A stretch of DNA of 51,580 bases. Origin: Polyangiaceae bacterium (GTDB lineage Bacteria; Myxococcota_A; Polyangia; Polyangiales; Polyangiaceae). The notes under the pieces were generated by a model that was given only the letters and a program-made list of their open reading frames with translations, was not told the DNA's origin and did no database searches. Of this stretch, positions 18,047 through 28,257 are shown one piece after another; the stretch's first letter is position 1; each line of letters opens with the position of its first letter. The stretch is from assembly GCA_044222475.1 (NCBI GenBank), contig JBGANF010000047.1, forward strand, positions 1 through 51,580, written 5' to 3'. The translations under genes and the position numbers were made by a program.

Positions 18047-19270
18047 TCAGAACGCGCGGATGTCGGGCAAGAGCCGCTTCGCGATCACGATGCGCTGGAT
18101 CTGCCCGGTGCCTTCGAAGATGTCGTAGACCTTGATGTCGCGGAACCACTTCTCGAGGAGCTGGTGGTCCTTCTGGATCGAGCCCTCGGCGCCGCAGATC
18201 TCGATCGCCTCGATGCACGAGCGGATCGACGCCTGCCCGGCGGCGGCCTTCGACATGCTGGCCTCCTTCGCGTTCGGCTGCTCTTCGTCGGCCATCCACG
18301 CCGCGCGCCACGTGAGGAGCCGCGCCGCGTCGAGCTGGCGCCCGACCTTGGCGAGCTTCTCGGCGACCGCCGCGTAGCGCGGGGTGTGGCGCGAGAGCGC
18401 GTAGTTCGACTTCACGAAGTCGCGCGCGTAGTCGTAGGCGGCGCGGCCGATGCCGAGCGCCATCGCCGCGACGATCGGCCGCGTGTTGTCGAAGGTCTTC
18501 ATGGCGGCCATGAAGCCCTCTTTGGTCTGGTAGCGCTCTTCGCCGCCGAGGAGGTTCTCCTCGGGGACGCGGCAGTCTTCGAACACGAGCTCGGCCGTCT
18601 CGCTCGCGCGGAGGCCCATCTTGTCTTCGATGCGGCCGACCGAGAACCCCGGCGTGCCCTTCTCGACGACGAACGCGCGATGGCCGCCTCGTCCCAAACT
18701 GGGATCGATGGTGGCGAACACGACGTTCCACGACGCGCGCGCGCCGTTCGTGATGTAGCACTTGCGGCCCTTGATGACCCAGTGCTTGCCGTCCTTCCGG
18801 CACGTCGTGCGGATGCCCGCGACGTCGCTGCCGGCGGACGGCTCGGTGAGGGCGTACGCGCCCCACCGCAGCTCGGTGCTCATGTCGCGGAAGATCCCGA
18901 AGAAGCGCTCCTTCTGCTCGGCGGTTCCGGTGGAGCGAATCGGCGGCCCGCCGAGGCCGGGGCCCGGCATGCAGAGCAAGAGCCCTGCGTCGCCCCACGA
19001 CATCTCTTCGGCGGCGAGCACCGTGTTCACGTTGGTCGTGGTCTTCTTCTTCTCGGCCGGTGCCTCCTCCTTGCGGAGCGCGTCGGCGGTGCCCATCGAC
19101 ATCGAGCCCATGTTGGCGGCGAGCATCGACAGGTTGCGGAGGAAGTCGTGCGGGACGCCGTGCTCGCGGTCCCACACGAGGGACTGCGGCCGGATGACGC
19201 CACGGGCGAGCCCGCGGATCGCTTCGCGCGTTTCGAGTTGGCGCTTCGTGAGGACGAATTCGATGCTCAT
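18047..19270 (-). CDS. Acyl-CoA dehydrogenase (catalytic subunit, FadE23-like)
   Basis: ALTEPSAGSD, GRKCYITNG, KMGLRASET and EKWFRDIKVYDIFEGT motifs. Confidence 0.95.
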   Translation of the reverse strand: MSIEFVLTKRQLETREAIRGLARGVIRPQSLVWDREHGVPHDFLRNLSMLAANMGSMSMGTADALRKEEAPAEKKKTTTNVNTVLAAEEMSWGDAGLLLCMPGPGLGGPPIRSTGTAEQKERFFGIFRDMSTELRWGAYALTEPSAGSDVAGIRTTCRKDGKHWVIKGRKCYITNGARASWNVVFATIDPSLGRGGHRAFVVEKGTPGFSVGRIEDKMGLRASETAELVFEDCRVPEENLLGGEERYQTKEGFMAAMKTFDNTRPIVAAMALGIGRAAYDYARDFVKSNYALSRHTPRYAAVAEKLAKVGRQLDAARLLTWRAAWMADEEQPNAKEASMSKAAAGQASIRSCIEAIEICGAEGSIQKDHQLLEKWFRDIKVYDIFEGTGQIQRIVIAKRLLPDIRAF

Positions 19271-19291
19271 GATGACGACCTCAATTTCGTG

Positions 19292-20503
19292 TCAGACGAA
19301 CGCGCTCTGCGATTCGGCGTTGGGAAGGATGAGACCCAGATCGAGCGAGCGCTCGAGCTGGACCGCGGCGGCGAGCTGGTCGGCGCAGGCCGCCGGCATG
19401 CCGCACAGGTTGAGCTGCTTCGCGTCGCGCATGTACTTCTCGACCGGATAGTCGCGCATGAAGCCGGCGCCGCCGTGGAGCTGCACGCCGTCGTCACCGC
19501 AGCGCATCGCGATCTCGTGCGCGTGCGCGATGGCGTGCGCGCTCGCGACGAGCGCGTGCTCTTCCTTCTCGTTCGCGTCCCACATCCACGCGGCGCGGTG
19601 CAGGAGCGCGCGCGCCGACTCGACGTCCATCGCGCGATCCGCGAGGGTGAACGCGACGGCCTGGAAGTGACCGATCGGCTTCCCGAATGCCTTCCGCGTC
19701 TCGACGTACTCGCGCGTCGTCTCGAACGCAGCGCGAGCGAGGCCGATCTCGCGCGCCGCGATCACGAGGCCCCACTTCACGAAGAAGCGCAGCGCCGCGC
19801 GACCGAAGTCGGGCCCGGCGTTCAGGCGCGCCGACGCCTCGACGCGCACGGCGTCGAGCTCGAGCCCGCCGAAGCTCGCGACGTCGAGGCCGAGCGTCGT
19901 CTCGCGACCGAGCACCGTCAGGCCGGTGGTTCCCTTCTTCACGAGGAACGCGCCGAGGCCGTCCCATCCTTTGCTCTCGTCGATCTGCGCGAAGACGACG
20001 AACGCCTCGGCGCGATCCGCGTTGACGACGTACGCCTTCTTGCCGCGGAGGACCCACGACGTGCCCTCGTTCGTGGCCGTGGTCGAGAGACCCGGCCGCG
20101 TCGCGTGAGCCTTGGGCTCGCCCCACGCGACGGCGCCGAAGCGCGAGTGGCCGTCCTCGCCGCCGAACGCTGCGAGCGCGGCGGACGATTGCTCGGCGGT
20201 GGCGAGCTCGGCGAGGGCGTAGCCCATCGCCCCGGGTCCACCGAAGCCGAACGCCGCGGCCGGGTCACCGCTGGCGACCGCCTCCTCTAGAAGGATGGCC
20301 GTCACGAGGCCGAGGCCTGCGCCGCCGTGCGACTCGGCGTAGGCCGCCAGGCCGAGGCCCATTTCGTGGGCTTTCTTGCGGAGATCCTCGGGGACGGCGC
20401 GCTGCTTCTCGAGCTCGCGCTGGCGGGTGGCGAGCGCTTTCCCGAGCTGCCCGACGGATTCGAGCATCATCTTCTGGTCTTCGGAGGGGGCGAAAGAGAT
20501 CAT
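19292..20503 (-). CDS. Acyl-CoA dehydrogenase (FadE24-like partner subunit)
   Basis: RKAFGKPIGHFQAV and VQLHGGAGFMRDYPVEKYMRDAK motifs. Lacks the C-terminal EGT motif. Confidence 0.9.
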   Translation of the reverse strand: MISFAPSEDQKMMLESVGQLGKALATRQRELEKQRAVPEDLRKKAHEMGLGLAAYAESHGGAGLGLVTAILLEEAVASGDPAAAFGFGGPGAMGYALAELATAEQSSAALAAFGGEDGHSRFGAVAWGEPKAHATRPGLSTTATNEGTSWVLRGKKAYVVNADRAEAFVVFAQIDESKGWDGLGAFLVKKGTTGLTVLGRETTLGLDVASFGGLELDAVRVEASARLNAGPDFGRAALRFFVKWGLVIAAREIGLARAAFETTREYVETRKAFGKPIGHFQAVAFTLADRAMDVESARALLHRAAWMWDANEKEEHALVASAHAIAHAHEIAMRCGDDGVQLHGGAGFMRDYPVEKYMRDAKQLNLCGMPAACADQLAAAVQLERSLDLGLILPNAESQSAFV

Positions 20504-20569
20504 CGGCAAACCTTTCGGACGCCGATGTTTTACGTGCGAAACAATTCCGACGCAAGTCGGATGGTCGCC

Positions 20570-21298
20570 TCACTCGACCGGGGCGTACATCTTCGGTCGG
20601 TAGCCGTAGCTCCCGCCGTACCCAGCGCCGGTCGGGCGGTGGTAGATCGGCGTCGCCGGCACGACTTGGGTCGAGCTGAGGGTCTTCGACATCTGGCAGT
20701 CGAAGGTGAAGTCCTCGTTCGTGAAGCACGTCGGGATGGTGGGCTTCGCGTCGTCCCACACCTTCTGCCGCTGGTCGGCCTTGGTGGAGATGGTGCGGTC
20801 GATGAGGTTGCGCGTGCCGAGGGACGTCGATCGGTGGCGCACCTGGGCGAGGAATTGGTCTGCCGGAACGCGGTCTTGGCCGTAGGTCGGGCGGAAGGTC
20901 ATCGGGGTGTCGCAGCTGGTGGGCGGCGGCCGCTCGAGGGCGTCGAAGGCGCAGAGCATCGCGTACTCGGAGCGGAACTCCTTTTCGTCGGCGTCGTAGG
21001 CGTCGGCCAGCGGGCACTTCCAGACGCCGACCATCACGGCGTCGTGGCGGGCCTGGTAGGCCTTGTCCGCCGACGACTTCGCCCAGTGCACGTGCTGCGA
21101 GGCGCGGCGGGCGACGGCGCTCGAGCCTGCACGCTCGTCCAGGTGATCTTCGACCTGCTCGAGGCTGGAACCGGGTTCGAACGCACAAAACGCGACCATC
21201 GCGTCTCGATCGGGGTGGCTCGGGCGCGTTGCCCCCAGCGCACCACCGACTACGATCGCTCCGCACGCAATGGAGAGAACCATCGCTCGTCGTTTCAT
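20570..21298 (-). CDS. Secreted hypothetical protein
   Basis: N-terminal signal-like segment, several Cys and strong GC3 bias. Confidence 0.65.
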   Translation of the reverse strand: MKRRAMVLSIACGAIVVGGALGATRPSHPDRDAMVAFCAFEPGSSLEQVEDHLDERAGSSAVARRASQHVHWAKSSADKAYQARHDAVMVGVWKCPLADAYDADEKEFRSEYAMLCAFDALERPPPTSCDTPMTFRPTYGQDRVPADQFLAQVRHRSTSLGTRNLIDRTISTKADQRQKVWDDAKPTIPTCFTNEDFTFDCQMSKTLSSTQVVPATPIYHRPTGAGYGGSYGYRPKMYAPVE

Positions 21299-21405
21299 GA
21301 ATCGTCGCCAAAGCCTCTGACGGCTCGGCGCTCCCGAAGTTCCATACGCTCGGCGCTTCTCGGCGATTCCCCGCACGAAAAGGCCACCCACCCGCGCTCC
21401 ATCGC

Positions 21406-21434
21406 TTGACAGACCCACCCTTGTCCCGTAGGTT
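21406..21434 (+). promoter_or_regulatory. sigma70 promoter of rplM-rpsI
   Basis: TTGACA-17 nt-TAGGTT. Confidence 0.8.
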
Positions 21435-21456
21435 CCCGCGCCCCCGGAGCCTAGAA

Positions 21457-21897
21457 ATGTCGACGTTCACCGAGAAGAAGGAAGCTGCAGAGAAGTCCCG
21501 TGCCTGGTTCGTCGTCGACGCCGACGGCAAGCCGCTCGGTCGCCTCGCGAGCGAGATCGCCCGCGTTCTCCGCGGCAAGCACAAGCCCACCTACACCCCG
21601 CACGTGGACACCGGCGACTTCGTCGTCGTGATCAACGCGGCCAAGGTGAAGCTCACCGGCAACAAGCTCGACGCGAAGTTTTGGCAGCGTCACTCGGGCA
21701 TCCCGGGTGGGTTCAAGGCCGACAGCTACCGCAAGCTCCTCGAGACCAAGCCCGAGTTCCCGATCGAGAAGGCCGTGAAGGGCATGCTCCCGAAGAACGT
21801 CCTCGGTCGCCAGATGTTCACGAAGCTGAAGGTGTACGCGACGCCGGATCATCCGCACGCCGCGCAGAAGCCGCAGCCCCTCACGGTCAAGATCTGA
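21457..21897 (+). CDS. rplM: 50S ribosomal protein L13
   Basis: [41 protein letters not shown]. Confidence 0.99.
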   Translation: MSTFTEKKEAAEKSRAWFVVDADGKPLGRLASEIARVLRGKHKPTYTPHVDTGDFVVVINAAKVKLTGNKLDAKFWQRHSGIPGGFKADSYRKLLETKPEFPIEKAVKGMLPKNVLGRQMFTKLKVYATPDHPHAAQKPQPLTVKI

Positions 21898-21913
21898 GAA
21901 TCCAGAGAGCACA

Positions 21914-22315
21914 ATGAGCACCACGCAATCGAACAAGATTTACGCCACCGGCAAGCGCAAGACCGCGATCGCGCGCGTGTGGCTCTCCCCGGGCACCGGC
22001 CAGATCACCGTCAACGGCATCAGCCCCGACACCTACTTCGAGCGTGAGACGTCGCGCATGGTCATGCGTCAGGCGCTCGAGCTCATCGAAGCGGTCGACC
22101 AGTTCGACGTGCGCGCCACCGTCATCGGCGGCGGTCACTCGGCCCAGGCCGAGGCGATGCGCCACGGCATCTCGCGCGCGCTCTGCCTCCACGATCCGGA
22201 GAAGCGCACGGTGCTCAAGCGCGCCGGCTTCCTCACGCGCGACGCGCGGAAGAAGGAGCGCAAGAAGTACGGTCAGCCGGGCGCCCGCAAGCGCTTCCAG
22301 TACAGCAAGCGCTGA
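21914..22315 (+). CDS. rpsI: 30S ribosomal protein S9
   Basis: [36 protein letters not shown]. Confidence 0.99.
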   Translation: MSTTQSNKIYATGKRKTAIARVWLSPGTGQITVNGISPDTYFERETSRMVMRQALELIEAVDQFDVRATVIGGGHSAQAEAMRHGISRALCLHDPEKRTVLKRAGFLTRDARKKERKKYGQPGARKRFQYSKR

Positions 22316-22339
22316 TCAATCGTCCTTCGGGACGCGAAG

Positions 22340-22373
22340 ACGCGCCGACCTCTCGCGAGGGCGGCGCGTTTTT
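22340..22373 (+). terminator. Intrinsic terminator after rpsI
   Basis: ACGCGCCG...CGGCGCGT stem followed by TTTT. Confidence 0.8.
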
Positions 22374-22383
22374 CATTTCGGAT

Positions 22384-23586
22384 TCAGAGCGTCGTGTCCG
22401 TCTTCGGAGGAGGCGACGTGGTTGCGCCGGTCTGGTTCGCGACCGCACCGCGCGTTCGAAGCCAGATGATGCCGACGCCACCGCCACCTCCGCCGCATCG
22501 CGTGGCACCGGCTGCTTTCACCGGCGGAACCGAACCGGCGCCCCCTGCGCCCCCCGGCGACGTGCCGCCGCTGCCGCCGAGCGCGGGCGTCGCGGATTGC
22601 GCGGCGTCTTGCCCGTCCTGTCCGTCGGTCGAGACGGTGGAGCCCGCGCCCGCTCCGCCGCCGTTCGCAGTGAGCTTCCCAGCGACCGTGATCGAAGGCG
22701 CCTCGAGGAAAATGTTGCCGCCGGAACCGCCGCCACCGCCGCCACCTGCACCGCTCGAATCGGGGCAGCAGCCTCCGCGCCCGCCGCCGCCGCCCGCATC
22801 GATGATGGCGCCGCCGTTCACCTTCACTTCGACGAGTGAGAACAGCTGAAGCGCGCCGCCGCCGGCGCCGCCGAGGCCCTTCTTCGAGATGCACGACTTG
22901 CCGCCGAGCCCGCCGCCCGAGCCACCGCTCAATTGATTGAGGGACGTGTCGTATACGGCGCCCGATCCTCCTCCGGCGTATCCGGAGATCGTCGAGTCGC
23001 CGCCGGCGGCGCCCGCGCCGCCGTGACCTCCACCGCCGCCACCACCCGACGGTTGCGAGCTGATGTTTCCGTACTGACCGGCGCCGCCGGTGCCGCTCCC
23101 ACTGGCGGGGCCGGAGCCGCCGGGTCCGGGCTCGTCGAGCAGTGCGCCTGCCGAGATCGTGCTCGTGACGGTGATCGCTTTCGCCGCGACGATGACGAGC
23201 GGTCGCGAACCCTTGATTCGCACCGGCGAGGACACGGTCCAGCCGCCGATGGAGAGCACGGCGAGCGAGCCATCCGCTTCGAACTTGGTGCCCGTCGGCG
23301 GCGGCGAGAGCGGTCCGTTGCTCACGCCGATCGTGAAAGTGGTCGTGTCGATGTCGGTGACGTTGGGTGGGAGGTCCGCGGCCGTGAGATCGATGCGCGA
23401 GGCGGCGACGTGACTCGGCACGACGGCGCCGCTCGCCTCGGGGGTCGCGTCAGCGCCGCCGCCGTCGGGGACGACCGCGTCGATGCCGCTGGCGTCGGGC
23501 GGCGGGGTGTTGGGTGAATCCCCCACGCACCCAGCGACGATGATGACGAATGCGAACGACGCGGCGCGCACGCTCCAACGGCCCAT
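22384..23586 (-). CDS. Glycine-rich surface lipoprotein
   Basis: Lipobox VAGC. Poly-Gly runs alternate with short beta strands. Paralog of 37499-38650. Confidence 0.8.
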   Translation of the reverse strand: MGRWSVRAASFAFVIIVAGCVGDSPNTPPPDASGIDAVVPDGGGADATPEASGAVVPSHVAASRIDLTAADLPPNVTDIDTTTFTIGVSNGPLSPPPTGTKFEADGSLAVLSIGGWTVSSPVRIKGSRPLVIVAAKAITVTSTISAGALLDEPGPGGSGPASGSGTGGAGQYGNISSQPSGGGGGGGHGGAGAAGGDSTISGYAGGGSGAVYDTSLNQLSGGSGGGLGGKSCISKKGLGGAGGGALQLFSLVEVKVNGGAIIDAGGGGGRGGCCPDSSGAGGGGGGGSGGNIFLEAPSITVAGKLTANGGGAGAGSTVSTDGQDGQDAAQSATPALGGSGGTSPGGAGGAGSVPPVKAAGATRCGGGGGGVGIIWLRTRGAVANQTGATTSPPPKTDTTL

Positions 23587-23684
23587 GAGCTCCCTCCAGC
23601 AGCCCAGCATAGCGCGTCGATGCGGGGGCGCGTGCCTCCTCTTTTTCGAAGCCGCGTGGGCGAAGGTGCGCTAGTCCATCATCC

Positions 23685-24875
23685 GTGAAGCACATCTCTC
23701 GGCTGGTCCTGGCAGTGACCGTGTTCGTCGCACTCGCCATGGTGCCTCGGCCCGCGAACGCCGTCATCGTCGAGCGCATCGTCGCCGTCATCGGTGACAA
23801 GCCGATCCTGCTTTCGGAGCTGCGCATGCGCGCGCGGCCCAAGCTCACGATCCTCGCCGCGCAGACCGGCGGCGACCCGACGCGCATGGCCGTGGCCGAG
23901 CCCGGGCTCTACAAGTCGACCCTCAACGAGATGATCGACGAGCGGCTCATGGAGCAGCAGGCCACGCGCGCGAACATCACGATCAGCGTGAGCCAGATCG
24001 ACGAAGCGATCCGCAACAAGGCGGCGGGCCTCGGCGTGTCGGTGAAGGACTTGCTCGCGGTCGCGCAGCGCCAGGGGTTCTCCGAGCAGGACTACCGCGA
24101 CGAGGTTCGTCGGCAGCTGCTCGAGGGGCGGCTCATCCAGCTCCGCGTCGCGGGTCGCGTGAAGGTGACCGAGACGGACGCGCGCGCGGCGTATGCGCAC
24201 CTCGTGAAGCAGCTCGACGACGAGTCGCCGGTGGATCTGCAGGTGCTCGCGATGCGCGTGCCGCCGAGCGCGGCGGCGCTCGACGCGAAGATGAAGCTCG
24301 CCGACGAGATCGTCGCGAGGGCGACGTCGGGTGAAGACTTCTGCGATCTCGTGAAGCAGTTCAGCGACGACGCGACGACGCGCGACGCCTGCGGCGATCC
24401 CGGTCCGCAGCCGATCCGGAACATCCACCCGGATGCGCGCTCGCAGCTGACGTCGATGAAGCCGGGTGACGTGTCGAAGCCGGTGCGCATCGCGGACCAG
24501 GCGATCGTCGTGTTCCGCCTGAAGAAGCGGGAGGTCATTCCGCCGTTCGATCAGGTCAAGGAACAGATGTACGAGCAGGCGACCGAGGAAGCCGTGATGC
24601 GGCAGCGGGACCTGTGGGTGCGGACCTGGGGCGCCAGCTTCGGCGCGCGGCTTCCAGCATCGTCCTCAACATCGCCGAAGGCTCGGGGGCGCGGGATGGA
24701 AACACCCGCCAACGCTTTCGCACCGCTCTCGGGTCCACTCGCGAAACCGCAGCGGCTCTGGAGCTCGCGGCAGCCTGGGGCTTCACCGCTCGCGATGAAC
24801 GCACGATGGACGCGCTCGACCGCATCGCGGCCACTCTGCATCGCCTCACGCATTGACACGAGCTCGGACGGATAA
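23685..24875 (+). CDS. surA: SurA-like periplasmic chaperone/PPIase with an aberrant, fused C-terminus
   Basis: Signal peptide, VERIVAVIG...ILLSEL, MIDERL and a parvulin-like GEDF.DL.KQFSDD motif. Family-like sequence ends at RQRDLWV (~24620). The remainder is an out-of-frame read of a four-helix-bundle gene. Confidence 0.8.
   Translation: MKHISRLVLAVTVFVALAMVPRPANAVIVERIVAVIGDKPILLSELRMRARPKLTILAAQTGGDPTRMAVAEPGLYKSTLNEMIDERLMEQQATRANITISVSQIDEAIRNKAAGLGVSVKDLLAVAQRQGFSEQDYRDEVRRQLLEGRLIQLRVAGRVKVTETDARAAYAHLVKQLDDESPVDLQVLAMRVPPSAAALDAKMKLADEIVARATSGEDFCDLVKQFSDDATTRDACGDPGPQPIRNIHPDARSQLTSMKPGDVSKPVRIADQAIVVFRLKKREVIPPFDQVKEQMYEQATEEAVMRQRDLWVRTWGASFGARLPASSSTSPKARGRGMETPANAFAPLSGPLAKPQRLWSSRQPGASPLAMNARWTRSTASRPLCIASRIDTSSDG
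24620..24856 (+). pseudogene. 5'-truncated four-helix-bundle protein gene (23S-IVS protein/bAvd-like)
   Basis: DLGRQLRRAASSIVLNIAEG...FRTALGSTRET. Lacks the ~26 N-terminal residues present in the copy at 30671-30985. Confidence 0.8.
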
Positions 24876-24939
24876 GCGCCGCGGCCTGGGGGAAGGAGTT
24901 GGTGCGTGCCGGACTTCGAATCGGGGATAGACTACTTCG

Positions 24940-25971
24940 ATGAAGCGGACGGCGTTTCGGCGGGGGTCGCCATCGGCAGCGGAAGAGCGCGCGCGCGTCG
25001 CGCGACACGTGGGGCGCGGCCAACGCAAGGCTTCACGCGCGGTGCCCCCGCCGCGCTCGCGGGCGACGATGCTCGCGCGCGGGCTGCTCCTCGGCGCCCT
25101 GCAGGAGTACTGGCGTGACGGGCGATTCCCGAAGAACCCCGGCTTTCCGTGGCAAGTCCCCGTCTTCGTGGACGGCGAGGGCACGCGCTGCGCGATCGCG
25201 CACCTCATGGAGCTCGGCGGCGCGGGAAGACTCGTCGCCGAGATCGCCTCGCTCCGGAACTTCGCCTTTGTGCGCGAGCTCGCGGACGATCCGCGCGTCG
25301 CAACATGGCTCGAGGCGGCGGGGATCACGGTCGCCGAGGCAGCGGAGATTCAGCCTTCGTACTGCCAGACAGCGTGGTCGGAGTGCATCTGCGGTGATCC
25401 GTGGAACGCTCCGGGCCCAGGTGCGGGAGCCGATGGCGTCATGGAGGGCGTGACGGTCCACTCCACGACGGGCGGCGACGGCGTCCAAGTGATCGCGATT
25501 CATGGCGACGTGGGCGTCGCGCAGGTCGGTGCAATCTACAAGGTCACCGACGGCTCCGCACTGCGGGCCGGGGCACCGGTGCTCGTGCCGGTCTCGCGTT
25601 CGACGACGCCGGAGTTCTATGGGATCGGCCCATCGGGAGACGACTCCGGTTTCTCGTCTCAGCCTGCCCCGCCCAACCTCACGACGTCGATGCTGCTTCT
25701 CATCGATGGCTCAGGCCGACCTCTCCGCTGCAACGCCGGCGAAGAGACGACGCTGCCGGTGACGAAGGCTCAGGTCGTCACCGCGCTGCGGTCCAACGAT
25801 TGCCGCGGCGAGATGGCCAAGGTCGACAGCGACTGGTCGGACGCGCCGTCGTGCGGCGGCGCGTGCGGGTGTTCGGCGGTCGGACTGCGGGGGGAAGACG
25901 CGGGCGTGGCGGTTTTGCTCGCCGTCGCGGGCGCGATGATCGCGCGGCGCCGCGCGCGCGTGCGAGGATGA
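24940..25971 (+). CDS. Hypothetical protein with MYXO-CTERM-like C-terminal anchor
   Basis: Conserved-looking N-domain (Y...GRFPKN...PVFVD..GTRCAIAHL). C-terminus is CGC...TM helix...RRRAR. Confidence 0.7.
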   Translation: MKRTAFRRGSPSAAEERARVARHVGRGQRKASRAVPPPRSRATMLARGLLLGALQEYWRDGRFPKNPGFPWQVPVFVDGEGTRCAIAHLMELGGAGRLVAEIASLRNFAFVRELADDPRVATWLEAAGITVAEAAEIQPSYCQTAWSECICGDPWNAPGPGAGADGVMEGVTVHSTTGGDGVQVIAIHGDVGVAQVGAIYKVTDGSALRAGAPVLVPVSRSTTPEFYGIGPSGDDSGFSSQPAPPNLTTSMLLLIDGSGRPLRCNAGEETTLPVTKAQVVTALRSNDCRGEMAKVDSDWSDAPSCGGACGCSAVGLRGEDAGVAVLLAVAGAMIARRRARVRG

Positions 25972-26966
25972 TGCGTACGGCGTCCATTCGATTGACGGTC
26001 GCGGCGGCAATTCTCATCGCGTGTGGATCGCGCAGTGAGCTGGGTGCAAACACCCGCGACGCGTGCGGCACCACAGTCGAGCTCTCACCGATGGACGTAC
26101 TCTCGGTCGCGACCGATGACGTGTCGACGTTCTGGGGCACCTTCGATGGCCACCTCCGCGAGCGTCGCGACGGCAAGACCATTCAGCGCGTGACGACTCC
26201 GGAGCCCATCGTCTCCGTCGCGCTTCGAACGGGCGACGTCGTGATGGCGACGCCGACGCGCATCTTCTCGTTCGACCGCGCGTTCAACGCGCCGGGGATC
26301 CCGTGGTTTCCGAACGATCGGAACATCCACGACCTGCGCGCGCGACCGGGTGAGCTTTTCTACCTCAGCGGAGGGGGTGATACCTCGCAGCTCGAGATGC
26401 TGCGCCGAGCGACGATGCCCTCCGAAGGAGCGACGACGTTGGTCGATGGCCTCGAGTTCCCGGTCGTCTACGCGCTCGACGGTGACGTCGCCTACGTCGG
26501 TACGGGCGCAACGAGGATTCAGGGTCAGCGCACAACGGCCGTGCTTCTCCGCGTCGGGATCACGGATCACACGGTGACCGTGATCGAGACCGGAACGATC
26601 ATCAGCGCAGTCGCCACCGACGCGACGAGCCTGTACCTCGCCGTCAGCGAGGCCAACCACCGCGTGACGATCCGCCGCCAAGCGAAAGAAGGAGGAGCGA
26701 CCTTCGATCTCGTGACCAACCTCGCGGCGGTGAGTCGACTCCTGATCGACGGAAGCAACCTCTACGCGCTTGCGGTGCGCGAGGGCACTGACGCCGGGTT
26801 CGTGTTGCGAACGCCGGTCGACGGCGGTCCGGTCACGGTCCTTGGATCGGACAGCGTCGGGTTCCAAACGGGAATCGCCACGAATTCGAAGTACGTGGTT
26901 TGGTCGACGTCGAGGTGGACCGGGAGACCGGAGCCGTACGCCACGGTGGAAGAGAGGTGCAAGTGA
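25968..26966 (+). CDS. Beta-propeller-like lipoprotein
   Basis: ATGA overlap, lipobox LIAC-GSRSEL and repeated (V/I)ATD...(L/V)(Y/F) blades. Confidence 0.7.
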   Translation: MMRTASIRLTVAAAILIACGSRSELGANTRDACGTTVELSPMDVLSVATDDVSTFWGTFDGHLRERRDGKTIQRVTTPEPIVSVALRTGDVVMATPTRIFSFDRAFNAPGIPWFPNDRNIHDLRARPGELFYLSGGGDTSQLEMLRRATMPSEGATTLVDGLEFPVVYALDGDVAYVGTGATRIQGQRTTAVLLRVGITDHTVTVIETGTIISAVATDATSLYLAVSEANHRVTIRRQAKEGGATFDLVTNLAAVSRLLIDGSNLYALAVREGTDAGFVLRTPVDGGPVTVLGSDSVGFQTGIATNSKYVVWSTSRWTGRPEPYATVEERCK

Positions 26967-27144
26967 GCGACACCCGTCCCATCATTGACGCGGCGTCGAG
27001 GGTTCACTGCACGGCGTGAAAGCTCGGCTAGGGCGCGCTTCCGCTTCCGCTCCTGTCGCACGACAGCCACACCCAAGCTGCCTCACGACGCCAGTCGCTG
27101 CGCCCGCAAGCGGTTTCACCATCTGTTATCGTGCGCGCAATGCA

Positions 27145-28227
27145 ATGGCGAAGATGACTCCGAGCTTTCCGAGCCGGCCTGTGGAGCTCGATAGGATCCT
27201 CGACGACCTCGTCTTCTCGACGTGGGACCAAGCGTTCCTGAGCACCGAAGCCGGCAAGAAGGGTCGCGAGGACGTCATCGTGAACCGATTTCACGATGCC
27301 CTCCGCTACACCGTTCCGTGGCTCAGCGAGCACGTCGATCTGCGCGCGGCGAGCATCACCGAGATCGGGTGCGGATCCGGTTCGAGCACTGCGGCGCTCG
27401 GGCTCCACGCTGCCAGAGTTCGCGGCTACGACATCGACGCGGCGGCCGTCGCGGCGGCCCGCGCACGCTGTTCCGCGTACGGCCTCGCGAACGTCGAGCT
27501 CACGAGTGTGGAACCCCAGGCCATGCTTTCGACCGTCCTCGAACGCGCGGCAGATACCAACGTCTTCCTCCTCTATGCGGTCCTCGAGCACCTCACCTAT
27601 CCGGAGCGTCTCGAGACGTTGGCCAAGCTCTGGGCCGCGCTGCCTCCGGGAGGGCACTTGGTCATCGTCGAGACGCCGAACCGCTTCGCGTACGTCGACC
27701 AACATTCGAGCGACACGGAGTTTCTGCATTTGCTTCCCGACGAGCTCGCGCTGCCTTGGGTCGCTCGTGCGAAGCGTGAGGCGTTCCGCATCGCGATGCG
27801 GGAGCCGCTTCGTGCCGGTCCCGAGGCCGCGTCCCTCGCTCGCATTCGCTACGGAATCGGCGCGAGCTTTCACGAGCTCGTGCTCGCGATCGACGAGCCA
27901 CTCGCGGACGTCGTGGTCGCCGATGGCTTCGAACCGGAGATGCTCGCGTTCTTCCACGCAGGTCTCGACGAGGAGCTTCTCGTACGGTTCTTCCTCGAGC
28001 GGCCAGTCGAACAGCCGATGGGGTTCGCGCGCTGCGTGCTGAACCTGATCCTCCGAAAGCCGAGGGACGAAGCCGACCGGCGTAGTTGTCGAGAGCTCGA
28101 CGCCCGGCGACGCGCGGCGCTGACCGAGAGTCGTTCGGTCGGTCGCGACGCGCCGACGCACCACGGTCGGTTCGAGCGCTTTCGCGCCGCGCTCCGGAGC
28201 TACCGAGCTCGCCTGTCGCGGCGTTGA
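27145..28227 (+). CDS. Class I SAM-dependent methyltransferase
   Basis: EIGCGSG, GYDID, AVLEHL and L.PGG.LVI.ETPN motifs. Confidence 0.85.
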   Translation: MAKMTPSFPSRPVELDRILDDLVFSTWDQAFLSTEAGKKGREDVIVNRFHDALRYTVPWLSEHVDLRAASITEIGCGSGSSTAALGLHAARVRGYDIDAAAVAAARARCSAYGLANVELTSVEPQAMLSTVLERAADTNVFLLYAVLEHLTYPERLETLAKLWAALPPGGHLVIVETPNRFAYVDQHSSDTEFLHLLPDELALPWVARAKREAFRIAMREPLRAGPEAASLARIRYGIGASFHELVLAIDEPLADVVVADGFEPEMLAFFHAGLDEELLVRFFLERPVEQPMGFARCVLNLILRKPRDEADRRSCRELDARRRAALTESRSVGRDAPTHHGRFERFRAALRSYRARLSRR

Positions 28228-28257
28228 CGGCAACGCGACACCGTGCACGTCCGCGTG

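Noticed and set aside
24905..24930. tRNA fragment or att site (CTTCGAATC)
   Set aside because: No GTTC T-arm stem, acceptor stem or CCA.
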